A stretch of DNA of 64,000 bases from an uncultured Phycisphaerales bacterium. Its GTDB lineage: Bacteria; Planctomycetota; Phycisphaerae; Tepidisphaerales; Tepidisphaeraceae. The notes under the pieces were generated by a model. The model worked only from the letters and a program-made list of their open reading frames with translations. It had not been told where the DNA came from and searched no databases. A program made the translations under genes and the position numbers. Location: NCBI GenBank assembly GCA_963844715.1, contig CAWJPJ010000007.1:1056001-1120000 (forward strand), written 5' to 3'. Numbering within the stretch: the stretch's first letter is position 1; each line of letters opens with the position of its first letter. Positions 10,493-21,559 of the stretch are shown here, one piece after another.

Positions 10493-12417
10493 GCGGCCTC
10501 CTTGGCGCGTCCAGATGGCGCTCCGCAATCAGCCGATCGATCTGAGTTGACACCTCGTCAAGCAGTTGCACAAATTCCCCGGCCGCGATTTCCACCGTGC
10601 GGCACATTATCGATGTCGCGCTCCACCTGGCGTTTCTGCTTTTCCATCCCGTCGATTTTCTCGGCCGCAAGGAAGCGGTCCTTTTCGAATCGCTTGAGTT
10701 CGTCCTGCTGGCAGAACTGCATGACCTGCTCATAGGTGCGGCCGAATTGCTCCATGCGGATTCGCAATTCGTCAACCCGGGCAATCGCCTGATTCACCCG
10801 CCGCTGGTCGCAAATATTCTCATGGATTTCTTCCAAAAGAGGCTGAACTTCCCGGCTGATCTGGGCGATCTGATTCGCCTCCTGCCGCCGAATCGCCAGA
10901 CTTTCCCTGCACTGAGGGAGCAAATCCCATCGCATCGGGGCGGTTTTTTCCTGGCCGATTTCCGGAATAGTTTCCCGGCAGAATTGGTCGATCGCCTGAT
11001 GAAGCGGCATGTTGGTTGCCCCGCGCTTCGATGCGCCGCCTTCCGTGCAGTCGATGATGCGCGCTCGCGATTTGGCGAAGTCGCGCTCGAACTGGTGCAG
11101 ATAGGCATACAGCCGCTCTTCCGTATACATCGGCCGACCGTACCAATCGGGGATTTTTCGCAGGATCGGCCTTTCCCGGATGATCTGCTCCCACTGTTTC
11201 ATCTCAACCGTGCAGAAGCGGGAAAGTTCCGGACGCCAGACGTCCTCGTAGCTGGTCCCGGGCGTATAGCAAAGCCCGTCGCTGAAGCCGAGATCCTGCC
11301 CGACAAAGATGATCGGATCGCATCCCAGGAATTCTGCCGCGTAAAACGCCAGATGCGCCACCGTCGCCGCGCTGGCGAGCGTCGCTTTCTTTAGATTGAT
11401 CTCGCGCACCAGCCCCTCGGCAAAGTCGTTGCCGATAAGCGTGATCGGTCCGCCGAACATCTTGAAGATCGCCTGGGTCGCCTTGGCGTCGGCGATCAAT
11501 TCCGTATTCAGGGACTTAGGCAGTCTTTCAAAAAATCGCGTGCAGATTTCGTGGTAGTCCAGCGAGGTTACGAAATTCGGCTCGATCCCCATTTCAAGCA
11601 GTGGCTGCAACGTCGTCTGTACGGCGATCAGCACCGCCTTGTCCCGGCATTCGGGGAGCAAATGCTTGTTCTTGCGCAGCGAAGGCCCTGCCGAAACAAT
11701 TACCGCCGGCCGATTTCGATATCGGTCGCGAAGCCGCTGAAGATCGGGGGTAGCGATGTACCACGCGATGTTGGCGGCAATGTTGCGGGCGCTGGTTGTA
11801 CTGTTCAGGACCAGTGTATTCATGCTCGTCCGGCAATACGCCGCAAATTCCGCAATCCATGTCTCCACCTGCTGAAAATAACTCGGGTTCAGGGACCGGC
11901 TCGACGCATGAACCAAGGTTTCCGCCCCCACGGAGATCATCGACAGGTGCGGATTCAGCCGGGAAAAGAGTTCCGCCTTGCCCGCCCGATGAAACCAGAG
12001 CAGCCTATGGCTTCGGATGAGTTCGGAAAGGTCCCGATGTTCCAACGCTGTCCGGATCATCCGCGCATCCGGCTCGAACACGCAAAAGATCGATTCATGC
12101 CCGGACCGCTCGAAAAGCGTTTGCAGGTGATACCCCATCCCCAGGCCCAGTACGTAATACACCAGCCGCCGCTCCGTCGGGACGGTATCGATGAGTTTGC
12201 GGGCCTCGTCGAGCGGGTGATAGCGGCTGTGGACGTAAATTCGCCGCCCGTCGCCGGTCTCGACTGCAACCGTCGGTTCCCCGGATTTACTCGGCTCGAC
12301 CGCATACGATTCCGGGATGGATTCAATCTCATCCGCCAACAGAGGCTCCGTCGCCCAGAGAGCGGCGAGGTTCGCCAGAAGGGGGGAGGTTTTGCTCGTG
12401 TCGGCGAACGCGGTCAT
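10489..12417 (-). CDS. maf: Motility-associated factor (Maf / DUF115) glycosyltransferase-like protein
   Basis: HSRYHPLDEA, LGLGMGYHL, IVSAGPSL, IIFVGQDL, IDCTEGGA; ATGA overlap with downstream gene after correcting one indel. Confidence 0.82.
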
Positions 12418-12529
12418 GCGAAATTCCGTCCAAACTTGCCCCCAGCGCAAGGCGCCGATAGCGTCTTGCGCCAGGCCGCAATTCCTTGGGTTTATCGGAC
12501 CTGCGGCCGGGAAAGGTTGAGTCAATTCA

Positions 12530-13114
12530 ATGGCGGACCTGCTCCAATATTTTCTCCATATGCCCTGGTGGCTGGCACTCCTGATCGCCGTTGTGGGCGT
12601 CTGGCTCTTCGTATTGGGTAACAAACGTCTGGATAAGACGTTGCGGCGCGTCGGGATGGCCGTCGTGCTGGGGGCCCTGTTCCTGGGGATGCTCGGATTC
12701 TTTTACCTCACGCCCCTGCAAAAGGCCGTTGGCAGAACCAAGGCGCTGATTCATGATGTCGATCGCCAGGATTGGAACGGCCTGTCCGCGCTTCTGGACG
12801 ACGATACCGTCGTGCAAGCCGCCACCCGCACGATGGCCGCCGGACGCGACGATTGCGTCAATCGCGTGAAGGGCGCTTACGACCGGTTCGGCGTGAAGTC
12901 GGTCTGGGTTCTCAGCGTTGACGGAATTCAAACCGACACCCTGATCACGGTCACGGCCACCGTCGTCAGCCAGCAGGATTACACCGAGGGGCAGCCCGTC
13001 ACCAGCTCCTGGCAACTGGATTTCCAGCAAAATGAATCCAAGTGGGAATTGGAGAAAATCACTCTTATCCGCGTTGGCGGGGAAGACAGCCAGCATCCGT
13101 TCAATCCGTTTTAA
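12530..13114 (+). CDS. Membrane protein with possible NTF2/SnoaL-like C-terminal domain
   Basis: Two N-terminal hydrophobic helices; beta-rich tail ending KWELEKI. Confidence 0.55.
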   Translation: MADLLQYFLHMPWWLALLIAVVGVWLFVLGNKRLDKTLRRVGMAVVLGALFLGMLGFFYLTPLQKAVGRTKALIHDVDRQDWNGLSALLDDDTVVQAATRTMAAGRDDCVNRVKGAYDRFGVKSVWVLSVDGIQTDTLITVTATVVSQQDYTEGQPVTSSWQLDFQQNESKWELEKITLIRVGGEDSQHPFNPF

Positions 13115-13123
13115 GCATTCGCC

Positions 13124-13779
13124 ATGATCCGCCTATCAAGGGAACAAGTTCGCCGCATCGACCGCTTGGCACAGGAGCGCTATCACATTCCCGGCGCCGT
13201 CCTCATGGAAAACGCCGCGCGGTCTGCCGCGGATATCGCCTGGGACATGCTCGGCGGGAACACCGATGTGCTCGTCGTCTGCGGGGGCGGGAATAATGGC
13301 GGCGACGGCTTGGCCGCCTGTGCGCCACCTGCACAATCGCGGCGCGCGTCCGCATCTTCCTCACGGTCGATCCCGAAAAATATCGCGATGAGGCGAAAAT
13401 CAATTGGGATATCTGCGCGGCGATGCACTTGCCGGTCGTGAAGGAAATTTCCCAATTGCCCCGGCCCAATCTCGTCCTCGATGCCATTTTCGGCACCGGC
13501 TTAACCCAACCTCCCAGAGCGCCCTTCGCCCAAGTTGTCTCGGAAATCCAGGGCCTTTCCGTGCCGATTCTCGCCATCGACATCCCCAGCGGTCTCGACT
13601 GCGACACCGGCAAGCCCCTCGGCGACGCTTGCATTCGCGCCACGCGAACAATCACCTTCGTTGCCGAGAAACTCGGATTCGGAGAATCCTCGGCTCAAGA
13701 ATACCTCGGCCAAGTCACCGTCGCGGGAATCGGCGCTCCGCCCGAGCTGATAGAGGAAGTGGCGGCCCAAAACCCCTAG
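13124..13779 (+). CDS. nnrE: NAD(P)H-hydrate epimerase (frameshifted)
   Basis: LMENAA, CGGGNNGGDG, DAIFGTG, AIDIPSG. Confidence 0.88.
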
Positions 13780-13790
13780 AATGCCCCCCG

Positions 13791-14518
13791 ATGACCAAGC
13801 TCAGCGTCAACGTAAATAAAATCGCCACGCTGCGAAACACGCGAACCATCGGAATCCCCAGCATCGTCGACGCCGCCCGCATCTGTCTCGATGCCGGGGC
13901 GCATGGAATTACCGTTCATCCCCGCCCCGATCAGCGGCACATCCGTCCCGGCGACGTGACGGACATAGCCAAACTCCTGAAGTCTTACCCCAAAGCCGAA
14001 TTCAACATCGAGGGGAACCCATTTTTTGAATACATGCGATACGCGCACGAAGTGCGCCCGGCGCAATGCACGCTCGTTTCCGATTTGCCCGAGGCCGAGA
14101 CCAGCGATCGGGGATGGGATTTGCGCAAGATGGGGAACGACTGCGCCCGATCGTCGCGGAATTAAAATCATTAGGTTGCCGCGTGAGCTTGTTCATGAAC
14201 GCGGAAACCGGCAGTTTGGAAATCGCCGGTAAAATCGGAGCTGATCGCGTCGAGTTCTACACGGCTCCCTATGCCCATGCATTCGCCAAGGGAGATCCGG
14301 CCGCGGCAACGCCGTACAAGATCGCGGGTTTGGAGGCGCAGCGGCTTGGCCTGGGCGTGAATGCCGGGCACGATCTGAATCTCAAAAACTTGCCCAATTT
14401 AGCGCGGGCCATCCCCAATTTGCTCGAAGTTTCCATCGGCCACGCCCTGATTGCCGATGCCCTCGAATTTGGCCTGCGGGAAACCATTCGGCGATATTTA
14501 GCCTGCCTTGAGAATTGA
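13791..14518 (+). CDS. pdxJ: Pyridoxine 5'-phosphate synthase (frameshifted)
   Basis: LSVNVNKIATLRN, GITVHPRPDQRH, NIEGNP, NAGHDL, EVSIGH. Confidence 0.93.
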
Positions 14519-14544
14519 GCGTGGCGGTCTAGAATCAACTCCCT

Positions 14545-15414
14545 ATGAATCTCGGCGGAGCAATGACGGCGATGGTAACCCCTTTCCACGAAGGAAAGAT
14601 CGACGAACAGCGTCTGCGCCAGCAGGTCGAGTTTCAAATCAAAGGCGGAATCGACGGCCTCGTTCCCGTCGGCACCACCGGCGAATCTCCCACCCTCGAC
14701 TTCAAGGAGCATGCCCGGGTCATCGAATTGACCGTGCAATATGCCGCCGGAAGAGTCCCGGTTATCGCGGGGACCGGGGCCAACTCGACCACTGAAGCAC
14801 TGGAATTGCATTCGATCGCCAAACGGGCAGGGGCCCCGGCGTGTTTGTCCGTGAATCCCTACTACAACAAACCCACGCAGGAAGGCCTCTACAGGCATTT
14901 CACGACGCTCGCCGATCGCGTCGATTTGCCGATTATTTTGTACAACATTCCCGGCCGCACCGGCGTCACCATGTCCGCCGCGACGGTCTCCCGCCTCGCC
15001 AAGCATCGAAACATAGTCGGAATCAAAGAGGCCACCGGCGACCTCAACATGGCCATCGAGATCGCTTCCCTCTGCGACATCATGATCCTCAGCGGCGACG
15101 ATTCCTTAACCGTCCCCATCATGTCCGTCGGCGGCAAGGGCGTGATCAGCGTGCTCTCCAATCTCATCCCATCGCAAATCAAGAACCTGGTGAAACTCTG
15201 TCTTTCAAATCAGTACGACGAGGCGGCGGCCAAACTGCGGAAGCTCTTTCCGCTCATTCGGTCGATGTTCATGGACGGGAATCCCGTCGGGATCAAATAC
15301 GCGATGAAGGTCGCGGGGCTGGACACCGGCGAATTGCGTCTGCCTCTCTGGGAAGCCGGCGATAACACGAAAAAATTGATCGAGCAGTGCGTGCAGGAAG
15401 TTGCGAGTTGCTAG
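14545..15414 (+). CDS. dapA: 4-hydroxy-tetrahydrodipicolinate synthase
   Basis: GTTGES, PYYNKP, YNIPGRT, GIKEA, LSGDD; intact. Confidence 0.95.
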   Translation: MNLGGAMTAMVTPFHEGKIDEQRLRQQVEFQIKGGIDGLVPVGTTGESPTLDFKEHARVIELTVQYAAGRVPVIAGTGANSTTEALELHSIAKRAGAPACLSVNPYYNKPTQEGLYRHFTTLADRVDLPIILYNIPGRTGVTMSAATVSRLAKHRNIVGIKEATGDLNMAIEIASLCDIMILSGDDSLTVPIMSVGGKGVISVLSNLIPSQIKNLVKLCLSNQYDEAAAKLRKLFPLIRSMFMDGNPVGIKYAMKVAGLDTGELRLPLWEAGDNTKKLIEQCVQEVASC

Positions 15415-15475
15415 TTGCCAGTTGCCAGTGAAGACAAGCGCGTTAACTGGCAACTGGCAACTGATAACTGGCAAC
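15399..15475. repeat. Inverted array of heptamer tandem repeats (AGTTGCC / AACTGGC)
   Basis: agttgcg-agttgct-agttgcc-agttgcc facing aactggc-aactggc-aactgat-aactggc. Confidence 0.8.
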
Positions 15476-15476
15476 G

Positions 15477-17035
15477 ATGACTTATCTCTGCGTACCCATC
15501 TTCGTCACCGATGACCTCGGGAAGAGCCGGCGCGATATCGCGACCGCCGTCGAAGCGGGCGCGGAGATGATCGAGTTGCGCATTGACCGGCTCGAGGACA
15601 CCGAGAATTTCGAACCCCTCGTGATCAATCAATCCGTGCCGATCATCGTGACCTGCCGGCCGCAGTCGGAAGGGGGGCAATCCGAGTTGAGGGACGATGC
15701 GCGCTTGCCCCTCCTTGCCTTCGCGGCGGAGACCAATCCTTCGAATTATGTCGACATCGAGCTGAAGAGCATGCGCGGGAGCGAACACATCGCCACCAGC
15801 CTGCCCCGGGAATTCACAACCGATTCGCGCGGGGGGCTCATCGTCAGCTATCACGATTTTTCGACCCGGCCCGATCGAATGTATAATCTGGTCGCGGAGA
15901 TGAGTCGTCTGCCGGCCCAGGTCAACAAAATCGTCTGGCAGGCGCGAAGCGTGCGAGACAACATCGAGGCGTTTGAGATTCTCGTGCATCGCCAGAGGCC
16001 GACCATCGCCCTCTGCATGGGGGAGGCCGGCATCCCCAGCCGTATTCTGGCGAAGAAATTCGGCGCATTTCTGAGCTTCGCATCCTTGCGCCCAGGGGAA
16101 GGCACGGCAGCGGGACAAGTAACGATCGAGGAGATGAAGAATCTTTATCGTTGGGACGCGATTGGTCCGCAAACGAAAGTTTACGGCGTGGTGGCGCACC
16201 CCGTGAAGCATTCGATGTCGCCGGCGATTCACAATGCCGCCTTCGACGCGGCCGACCACGACGGGGTATACCTGCCGTTTCTCGTTCAGCCGGAATATGA
16301 GAGTTTCAAAGCGTTCATGGAGAATTACCTCCATTTCGAAAAGCTGGATTTGGCGGGGCTATCGATAACGATTCCGCACAAGGAGCACGCGCTCAAGTAC
16401 CTGCTGGACACCGGCGCCAAAGTCGAGCCATTGGCCCAAAGCATTGGCGCCGTGAACACGATCGCGATCGAGAAGGGAAAGCTCACCGGCAGCAACACCG
16501 ACTTTGCCGCCATTCTGGAATGCATCTGCCGGGCCGCCGGGATCGACCGGGCGGGATTGAGCGCGCTGCGCGTGGGAGTGATCGGCGCCGGCGGCACCGG
16601 GCGCACGGCGGTCGCGAGCTTGGCGCATTTCGGCGCGACCGTGCTCGTCTGCAATCGCACCGCTGAACGCGCCAAGCATCTCGCCGCGGAATTCGACGGC
16701 CGCACCGGAAAAGTCTCCCCTGTTTCCCTTCAAGAACTCGACGGCTGCGACGTCTGGATCAATTGCTCCTCGGTCGGGATGCACCCCAATGTCGACGGCA
16801 ATCCGCTGGGCGACTTCACGCCCAAATGGACCAGTCAAACCGTCGTCTTCGACGCAGTTTACAATCCCATGCGCACAAAATTTCTCCAGCAGGCCGAGGC
16901 CGCTGGAGCCAAAACAATCAGCGGCGTAGAGATGTTCGTCCACCAGGCGGCGGCGCAGTTCGAAACCTGGACCGGAAAAGCGCGCCGCGCGGCGTGATGC
17001 GGGAAGTCGTGATGAAGCGCTTGGGCGCAGCTTAA
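15477..17035 (+). CDS. aroDE: Bifunctional type I dehydroquinate dehydratase / shikimate dehydrogenase (3' indel)
   Basis: IELRID, IVSYHDF, HSMSP, ITIPHK, GAVNT, GAGG. Confidence 0.9.
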
Positions 17036-17685
17036 ACGGCTTTCTTCGCCGCGATGGGAATCACAACAATACTTTTCGGCGTGGTCGGGCAATCCTGTTG
17101 GCAAATCCCGCAGCCAATACACCCAAGGGGTTTCACCGCGACGCGGTTATCTTTCAGTTCGATGGCCGCCGTCCCCAGCGGGCAATGATCCACGCAGATC
17201 CTGCAACTATCCCCCGTCGATCGCAGGCACGTCTCCTCCCACCAAACCGCCGTCCCCATGTCGATGTCGTTGATGCTGGTCGGTTTCAACGCGCCGCTGG
17301 GGCAGACCTGCATGCACTTGAGTCCCGTGCAAACCGCGCACGCCGCGGAATCCGCCACAATGTAAGGCAGTCCGAATCCCTTTCTGCCCGCCGGATCGAT
17401 TTTGATCGCCTGCACGGGGCACGCCTGCACGCAGTCGCCATGGCGCGTGCACGTGGCGGTCAGATGCGGTTCGTCCAACGCCCCCGGCGGGCGAAACCAG
17501 ACATTGGCCGGGATTCTCGTCCGCGGCGCGGCCGGTGAACCCAGCTTTTCCAGGTTTTCCAAATGTTTAACCGCCTGTTGCAGCGGCGCGGCTGCCGAGG
17601 CCAGTGGGCGGAGAAGTTGCGAGATTCCCAATCGGAAAAATCGGCGGCGATCAACCGGCTTTTCCGGATCGGGAAGCGGAGCCAT
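17032..17685 (-). CDS. NapG/MauM-like multi-[4Fe-4S] ferredoxin
   Basis: RRRFF Tat-like motif, RPPGA, repeated CxxCxxCxxxCP motifs. Confidence 0.8.
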   Translation of the reverse strand: MAPLPDPEKPVDRRRFFRLGISQLLRPLASAAAPLQQAVKHLENLEKLGSPAAPRTRIPANVWFRPPGALDEPHLTATCTRHGDCVQACPVQAIKIDPAGRKGFGLPYIVADSAACAVCTGLKCMQVCPSGALKPTSINDIDMGTAVWWEETCLRSTGDSCRICVDHCPLGTAAIELKDNRVAVKPLGCIGCGICQQDCPTTPKSIVVIPIAAKKAV

Positions 17686-17694
17686 ACCCCGATT

Positions 17695-18969
17695 CTACCT
17701 GTTCACGCTCAATATCAAGGCGCTATTTTTGCTCCCAAATGCGATGCAGTTACACAGAGCGATCCGGGCGCTCGTGGGGCGGGATTCCCGAGGGACGTAA
17801 TCGAGATCGCAGAGCGGATCGGGCGTATCGAGGTTGATCGTCGGATGAAGATGCCCCGCTCGCAGAGCGAGAATCGTCGCGGCCACACCGGCCGCGCCGC
17901 ACGCCCCCTGCGGATGCCCGATCATCGACTTGGTGGAACTCATCGGAATATCCTGGCGGCGCTGGCCAAACGATTTGCGGATCGCCGCCGTCTCCATGCG
18001 GTCGTTCAGTTCGGTGGACGTCCCGTGGAGATTGACATACCCAATGTCGTCCTTGGCAACGCCCGCATCCGTCACGGCATTGTCGATGGCCCGCGCCGGC
18101 TCGACCACGTCAGGGGCGATTTGCACCCGGTGGTAGGCGTCGCACGTGCACCCGTACCCGGCGATTTCCGCCAGGATCGGAGCCCCGGCATCCGCGCGTA
18201 TTCCAAATCTTCCAGCACGAACATCCACGCCCCTTCGCCAAGCACAAATCCATCGCGGTCTGCGCGTCAAACGGCGCGAAGATTGCTCCGGCCGGTCCCA
18301 CCGCCGCGTCGAGACAACGCGCATTTTCTCGAAAGCCGTCAGAATTCCAGGCGCGACCGGCGCATCGGCGCCGCCGCACAAAACGGCACGCGCCAATCCA
18401 GCCCGGATCATCATGCGGGCGTACCCGATCGCGTCGGTGCTGCTCGCGCAACCGGTTGAGATGACATGGGACGGGCCGCGCAAGTGCAAAGCGATGGAGA
18501 GTTCGCTGGAAAGATTGCCGTGCGTGCCGCCCGTGATGGAGAATAGCGAGCCTTTGCCCTGCGTGAAGTAAGTCCGGTATTGCTCCTCAACAAAGGCCAG
18601 CCCGCCCCCGCCCGTCCCAAGGACGACGCCTATATCGCGCTGGAGTTCGACATTTTCCGGATCGATTTTAAGCCCGGCGGATTCGATGGCTTCCCGCGAA
18701 GCGGCCAGCGCCAGCGCGACCATGCGAGGCAGCCGGCGCGCATCGACCGAGTCCAGCGAATCCGTCGCTTGAAAGTCGCTCACGATGGCAACCGCGCTGG
18801 TGCGGAGCGCGGCGAAATCCGGCCCAGCCAGCGCACGCAGCCCGCTTTGCCCGCGCCGGCACGCCAAATCGAACGCGCCTGCGCCGATCCCGTTGGGGCT
18901 GACGACGCCAATCCCCGTCACAACCACGCGCTTGCGGTCAGGTATGGACACCGCGTCGATCTTAGGCAC
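17695..18969 (-). CDS. FabF/FabB-type beta-ketoacyl-ACP synthase
   Basis: RVVVTGIG, TGCASS (Cys), NLHGTST and MIGHP (two His); internal compensating indels. Confidence 0.88.
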   Translation of the reverse strand: MPKIDAVSIPDRKRVVVTGIGVVSPNGIGAGAFDLACRRGQSGLRALAGPDFAALRTSAVAIVSDFQATDSLDSVDARRLPRMVALALAASREAIESAGLKIDPENVELQRDIGVVLGTGGGGLAFVEEQYRTYFTQGKGSLFSITGGTHGNLSSELSIALHLRGPSHVISTGCASSTDAIGYARMMIRAGLARAVLCGGADAPVAPGILTAFEKMRVVSTRRWDRPEQSSRRLTRRPRWICAWRRGVDVRAGRFGIRADAGAPILAEIAGYGCTCDAYHRVQIAPDVVEPARAIDNAVTDAGVAKDDIGYVNLHGTSTELNDRMETAAIRKSFGQRRQDIPMSSTKSMIGHPQGACGAAGVAATILALRAGHLHPTINLDTPDPLCDLDYVPRESRPTSARIALCNCIAFGSKNSALILSVNR

Positions 18970-19729
18970 AACGCCGACGCGGCATCAAAAGAAATGCATA
19001 ATTAGCAATTTGAATGGAAAACGATCGCCGATCCCTCTGCGCCGCCACGGGAGCGATCGGCAAAACCCCCAGGCGCGCCGCGTAGTCGATATCCCCGTCC
19101 AGGCCCGCGGCAATCACGTTCCGCCCGCCCTGTCCGTCACGCAACAAGGCAGGCAGATTGTCGCGCGTGGAAAGAAATAGCCGATGCGCGATGCGCCCGG
19201 CGTCGTCGCCGAGCGAAAAATCCCCCATCGCCAAAAGCTGGTCGCAAACCGCCCCGCAGCCGACGGCGTCTTCAATGGAAATCTCTCCCGCCGTACCGGA
19301 ACAGAGAAGCAGGATGTCGCGCTCCGACCGAGCCGCGGCCGCGGCCACCGTCGGCGCATTCACCAGGGCGCCCGCGAACATTTCCGCGGCCGTTCGCGCG
19401 GCGTAGGCGGTGCGCGTGCCGTTCGTGGTCGCCAAAAACACGTCTCGCCCCGCGTGCTCCGGCAGGAATTGCCGCGGACTGTTTCCCAAATCAAAACCCG
19501 GCGGAGGGAGCGTCTTGATCTCTCCGCAAAGAATCGGGCGTGGATTCGCCGCCTCCGCCGCGGATTTGGCCTCGACAACCGAGTCAAAAATACGCACCTC
19601 GCGCACACCCGCCGCCAGCGCGGCTGTAATGGTCGTCGTCGCACGGAGAACGTCGAAGACGATCACCGTGTAATGCGACAAGTTGCGTTCGTGCAGATGC
19701 TCGGGCAGCAGAACAACTTCGATATTCAT
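18962..19729 (-). CDS. comB: 2-phosphosulfolactate phosphatase family protein (3' end uncertain)
   Basis: FDVLRATTT, FDLGNSP, TTNGT, EDAVGCG. Confidence 0.85.
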   Translation of the reverse strand: MNIEVVLLPEHLHERNLSHYTVIVFDVLRATTTITAALAAGVREVRIFDSVVEAKSAAEAANPRPILCGEIKTLPPPGFDLGNSPRQFLPEHAGRDVFLATTNGTRTAYAARTAAEMFAGALVNAPTVAAAAARSERDILLLCSGTAGEISIEDAVGCGAVCDQLLAMGDFSLGDDAGRIAHRLFLSTRDNLPALLRDGQGGRNVIAAGLDGDIDYAARLGVLPIAPVAAQRDRRSFSIQIANYAFLLMPRRRCA

Positions 19730-19786
19730 ATTTCGTTCGTCCGGCAAGCAGAGTAACGGTAGGATGCGACAAGTAAAGGAGCCGAT

Positions 19787-21127
19787 ATGACCGCGCGCGT
19801 TTGTGTCATTGACCTGCCCGGTTTGAGCAAAGAATTGTGCGGGGCCATCTCGCCCAACAGTGCATTGGGAAAATGGATAAGCGGGAAGCCGATCACAAAT
19901 CTGCGCCCCAGCTTTCCCGCGGTGACATGCAGCGTGCAGGCCACGCTTACAACAGGCGTGCCGCCGTCGAAGCATGGAATTATTGCCAACGGATTGCCGA
20001 CTTTTCGGTCCGCTGACGACCAGCGGCTTGTCGATGCCAGCAACTTCGCGGAATATCGCCGGCAAATCAGCTTTTGGGAGCAATCCAATCAGTTTCTTCA
20101 AGTCCCGCGCTTCTGGCAACGCCGATGGAAGACGGCGATGTTATTTTTTCAAAACTCGATGCCGGGGTTTTCAGGGGAATTGAAACCGGCGGCGGACATC
20201 GTCCTGACCCCCAAGCCCGATCATGGCCCGGACGGCAAACTTACCAGCCTATGCTGGTCGCAACCGCGGGAATTGGTGCCGCGTTTGTTCTCTGAATTGG
20301 GCCCATTTCCTTTGATGAATTACTGGGGCCCAATGGCCGGCATTGCCGCAAGCCAGTGGATTGCCAAGGCCGCCGCCATCGTCTGGAAAGAGCAATCGCC
20401 CCAGTTGCAGTGGACCTATGTGCCTCATCTGGACTACGACTTGCAAAGATTCGGTCCGAATTCGCCCCAGGCAAACCAAGCCGTCCTTGATGTCGCCGCC
20501 GCGCTAGATCCCCTATTCGAGCAAGTCCTCAGCGGCGGCGGAAAAATCGCCGTGCTGAGCGAATATGCCGTCAAAGATGTGAACTCCTTTGTCCAGCCGA
20601 ATCGGATTCTCGCCGAGTCGGGATTGCTCGCGACGCGGCAAACGCCGGATGGCAAACTAATCGACTTCGATAAATCCGCCGCCATGGCCATGGTGGACCA
20701 TCAGGTCGCGCACCTCTATTTGCGCGATCCGTCGGATGCGAAGCGCCGTGACGGCTCTACTCAATCGCCCCGAGATCGCGTCAATTGCCGCGCCCGTTGA
20801 GTCTCTGCGACACCGTGCGCCGGAGATTTGGTTTGCGAAGTGGCGCCGGGCGCCTGGTTCGATTATCGTTGGTGGTCGGATCCCGCCGATGCGCCGGCGT
20901 TCGCCAAGACGATCGACATTCATCGCAAACCGGGATATGACCCGTGCGAATTATTCTGGGATCGGCAGATTAACGGGGTTACACAAAATCCCGCACTGGT
21001 GCGCGGCAGCCACGGCGTGATGACGGACAATGAGGGAGTCTGGATCGGCGATGGGGGGTTCCCTCCGCCAACCGCGGCCGAGGATGTCGCAGGCGTCCTC
21101 GGCCGAATGCTCGATCAGGCAACCTGA
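19787..21127 (+). CDS. Alkaline phosphatase / nucleotide pyrophosphatase family protein (EboF-like; frameshifted)
   Basis: FPAVTC.VQ, YVPHLDYDLQRFGP, LSEY, DHQVAH, DIHRKPGYDP.ELF, RGSHG. Confidence 0.85.
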
Positions 21128-21348
21128 CGCTTGGCGTTGGAAAGAATGCTGCCAGGCCGGGGAGTTCTCTCCCAACTGGCGGCGTTGCACTTCGGGCAGA
21201 CATCCGGAGGCACCACCGCGTCCGGCGCCTCAAATCCACAAAAATGGCACATCACCTGGAAGATCGGGATATGACCCGCTTGCGGGCGATAGGCGTCGTA
21301 GGTCGCAAAATGGCCGTGCGATTCAAAGCATTCCATACTGATTGACAT
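21115..21348 (-). CDS. Small rubredoxin/zinc-ribbon-like protein
   Basis: CHFCG...PDVCPKC; AGGAGA RBS and sigma54 promoter upstream. Confidence 0.65.
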   Translation of the reverse strand: MSISMECFESHGHFATYDAYRPQAGHIPIFQVMCHFCGFEAPDAVVPPDVCPKCNAASWERTPRPGSILSNAKRQVA

Positions 21349-21397
21349 GACCAATCTCCTGACAGAGTTGACGGCATCTCATTCACAAGACCTCAAA

Positions 21398-21413
21398 GGC
21401 AATGGTCATGCCA
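21398..21413 (-). promoter_or_regulatory. sigma54 -24/-12 promoter
   Basis: Minus strand reads TGGCATGACCATTGCC, exact GG-N10-GC spacing. Confidence 0.72.
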
Positions 21414-21499
21414 GCCCGCAGGCTGGGTCCGAAAGCAGAAAACGCCCCGTAAAATGGGCCCCAGCACAGGAATAAACCGACCTATCTAGCAAAAACTGC

Positions 21500-21530
21500 G
21501 ACAATTTGTCTATATATAAGACATATTGTC
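21500..21530. promoter_or_regulatory. Paired palindromic upstream activator sites
   Basis: GACAATTTGTC and GACATATTGTC, starts 20 bp apart, about 90-120 bp upstream of the -24 box. Confidence 0.6.
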
Positions 21531-21559
21531 GTATTTGGATAGATTTTGACGTGCTTCGC

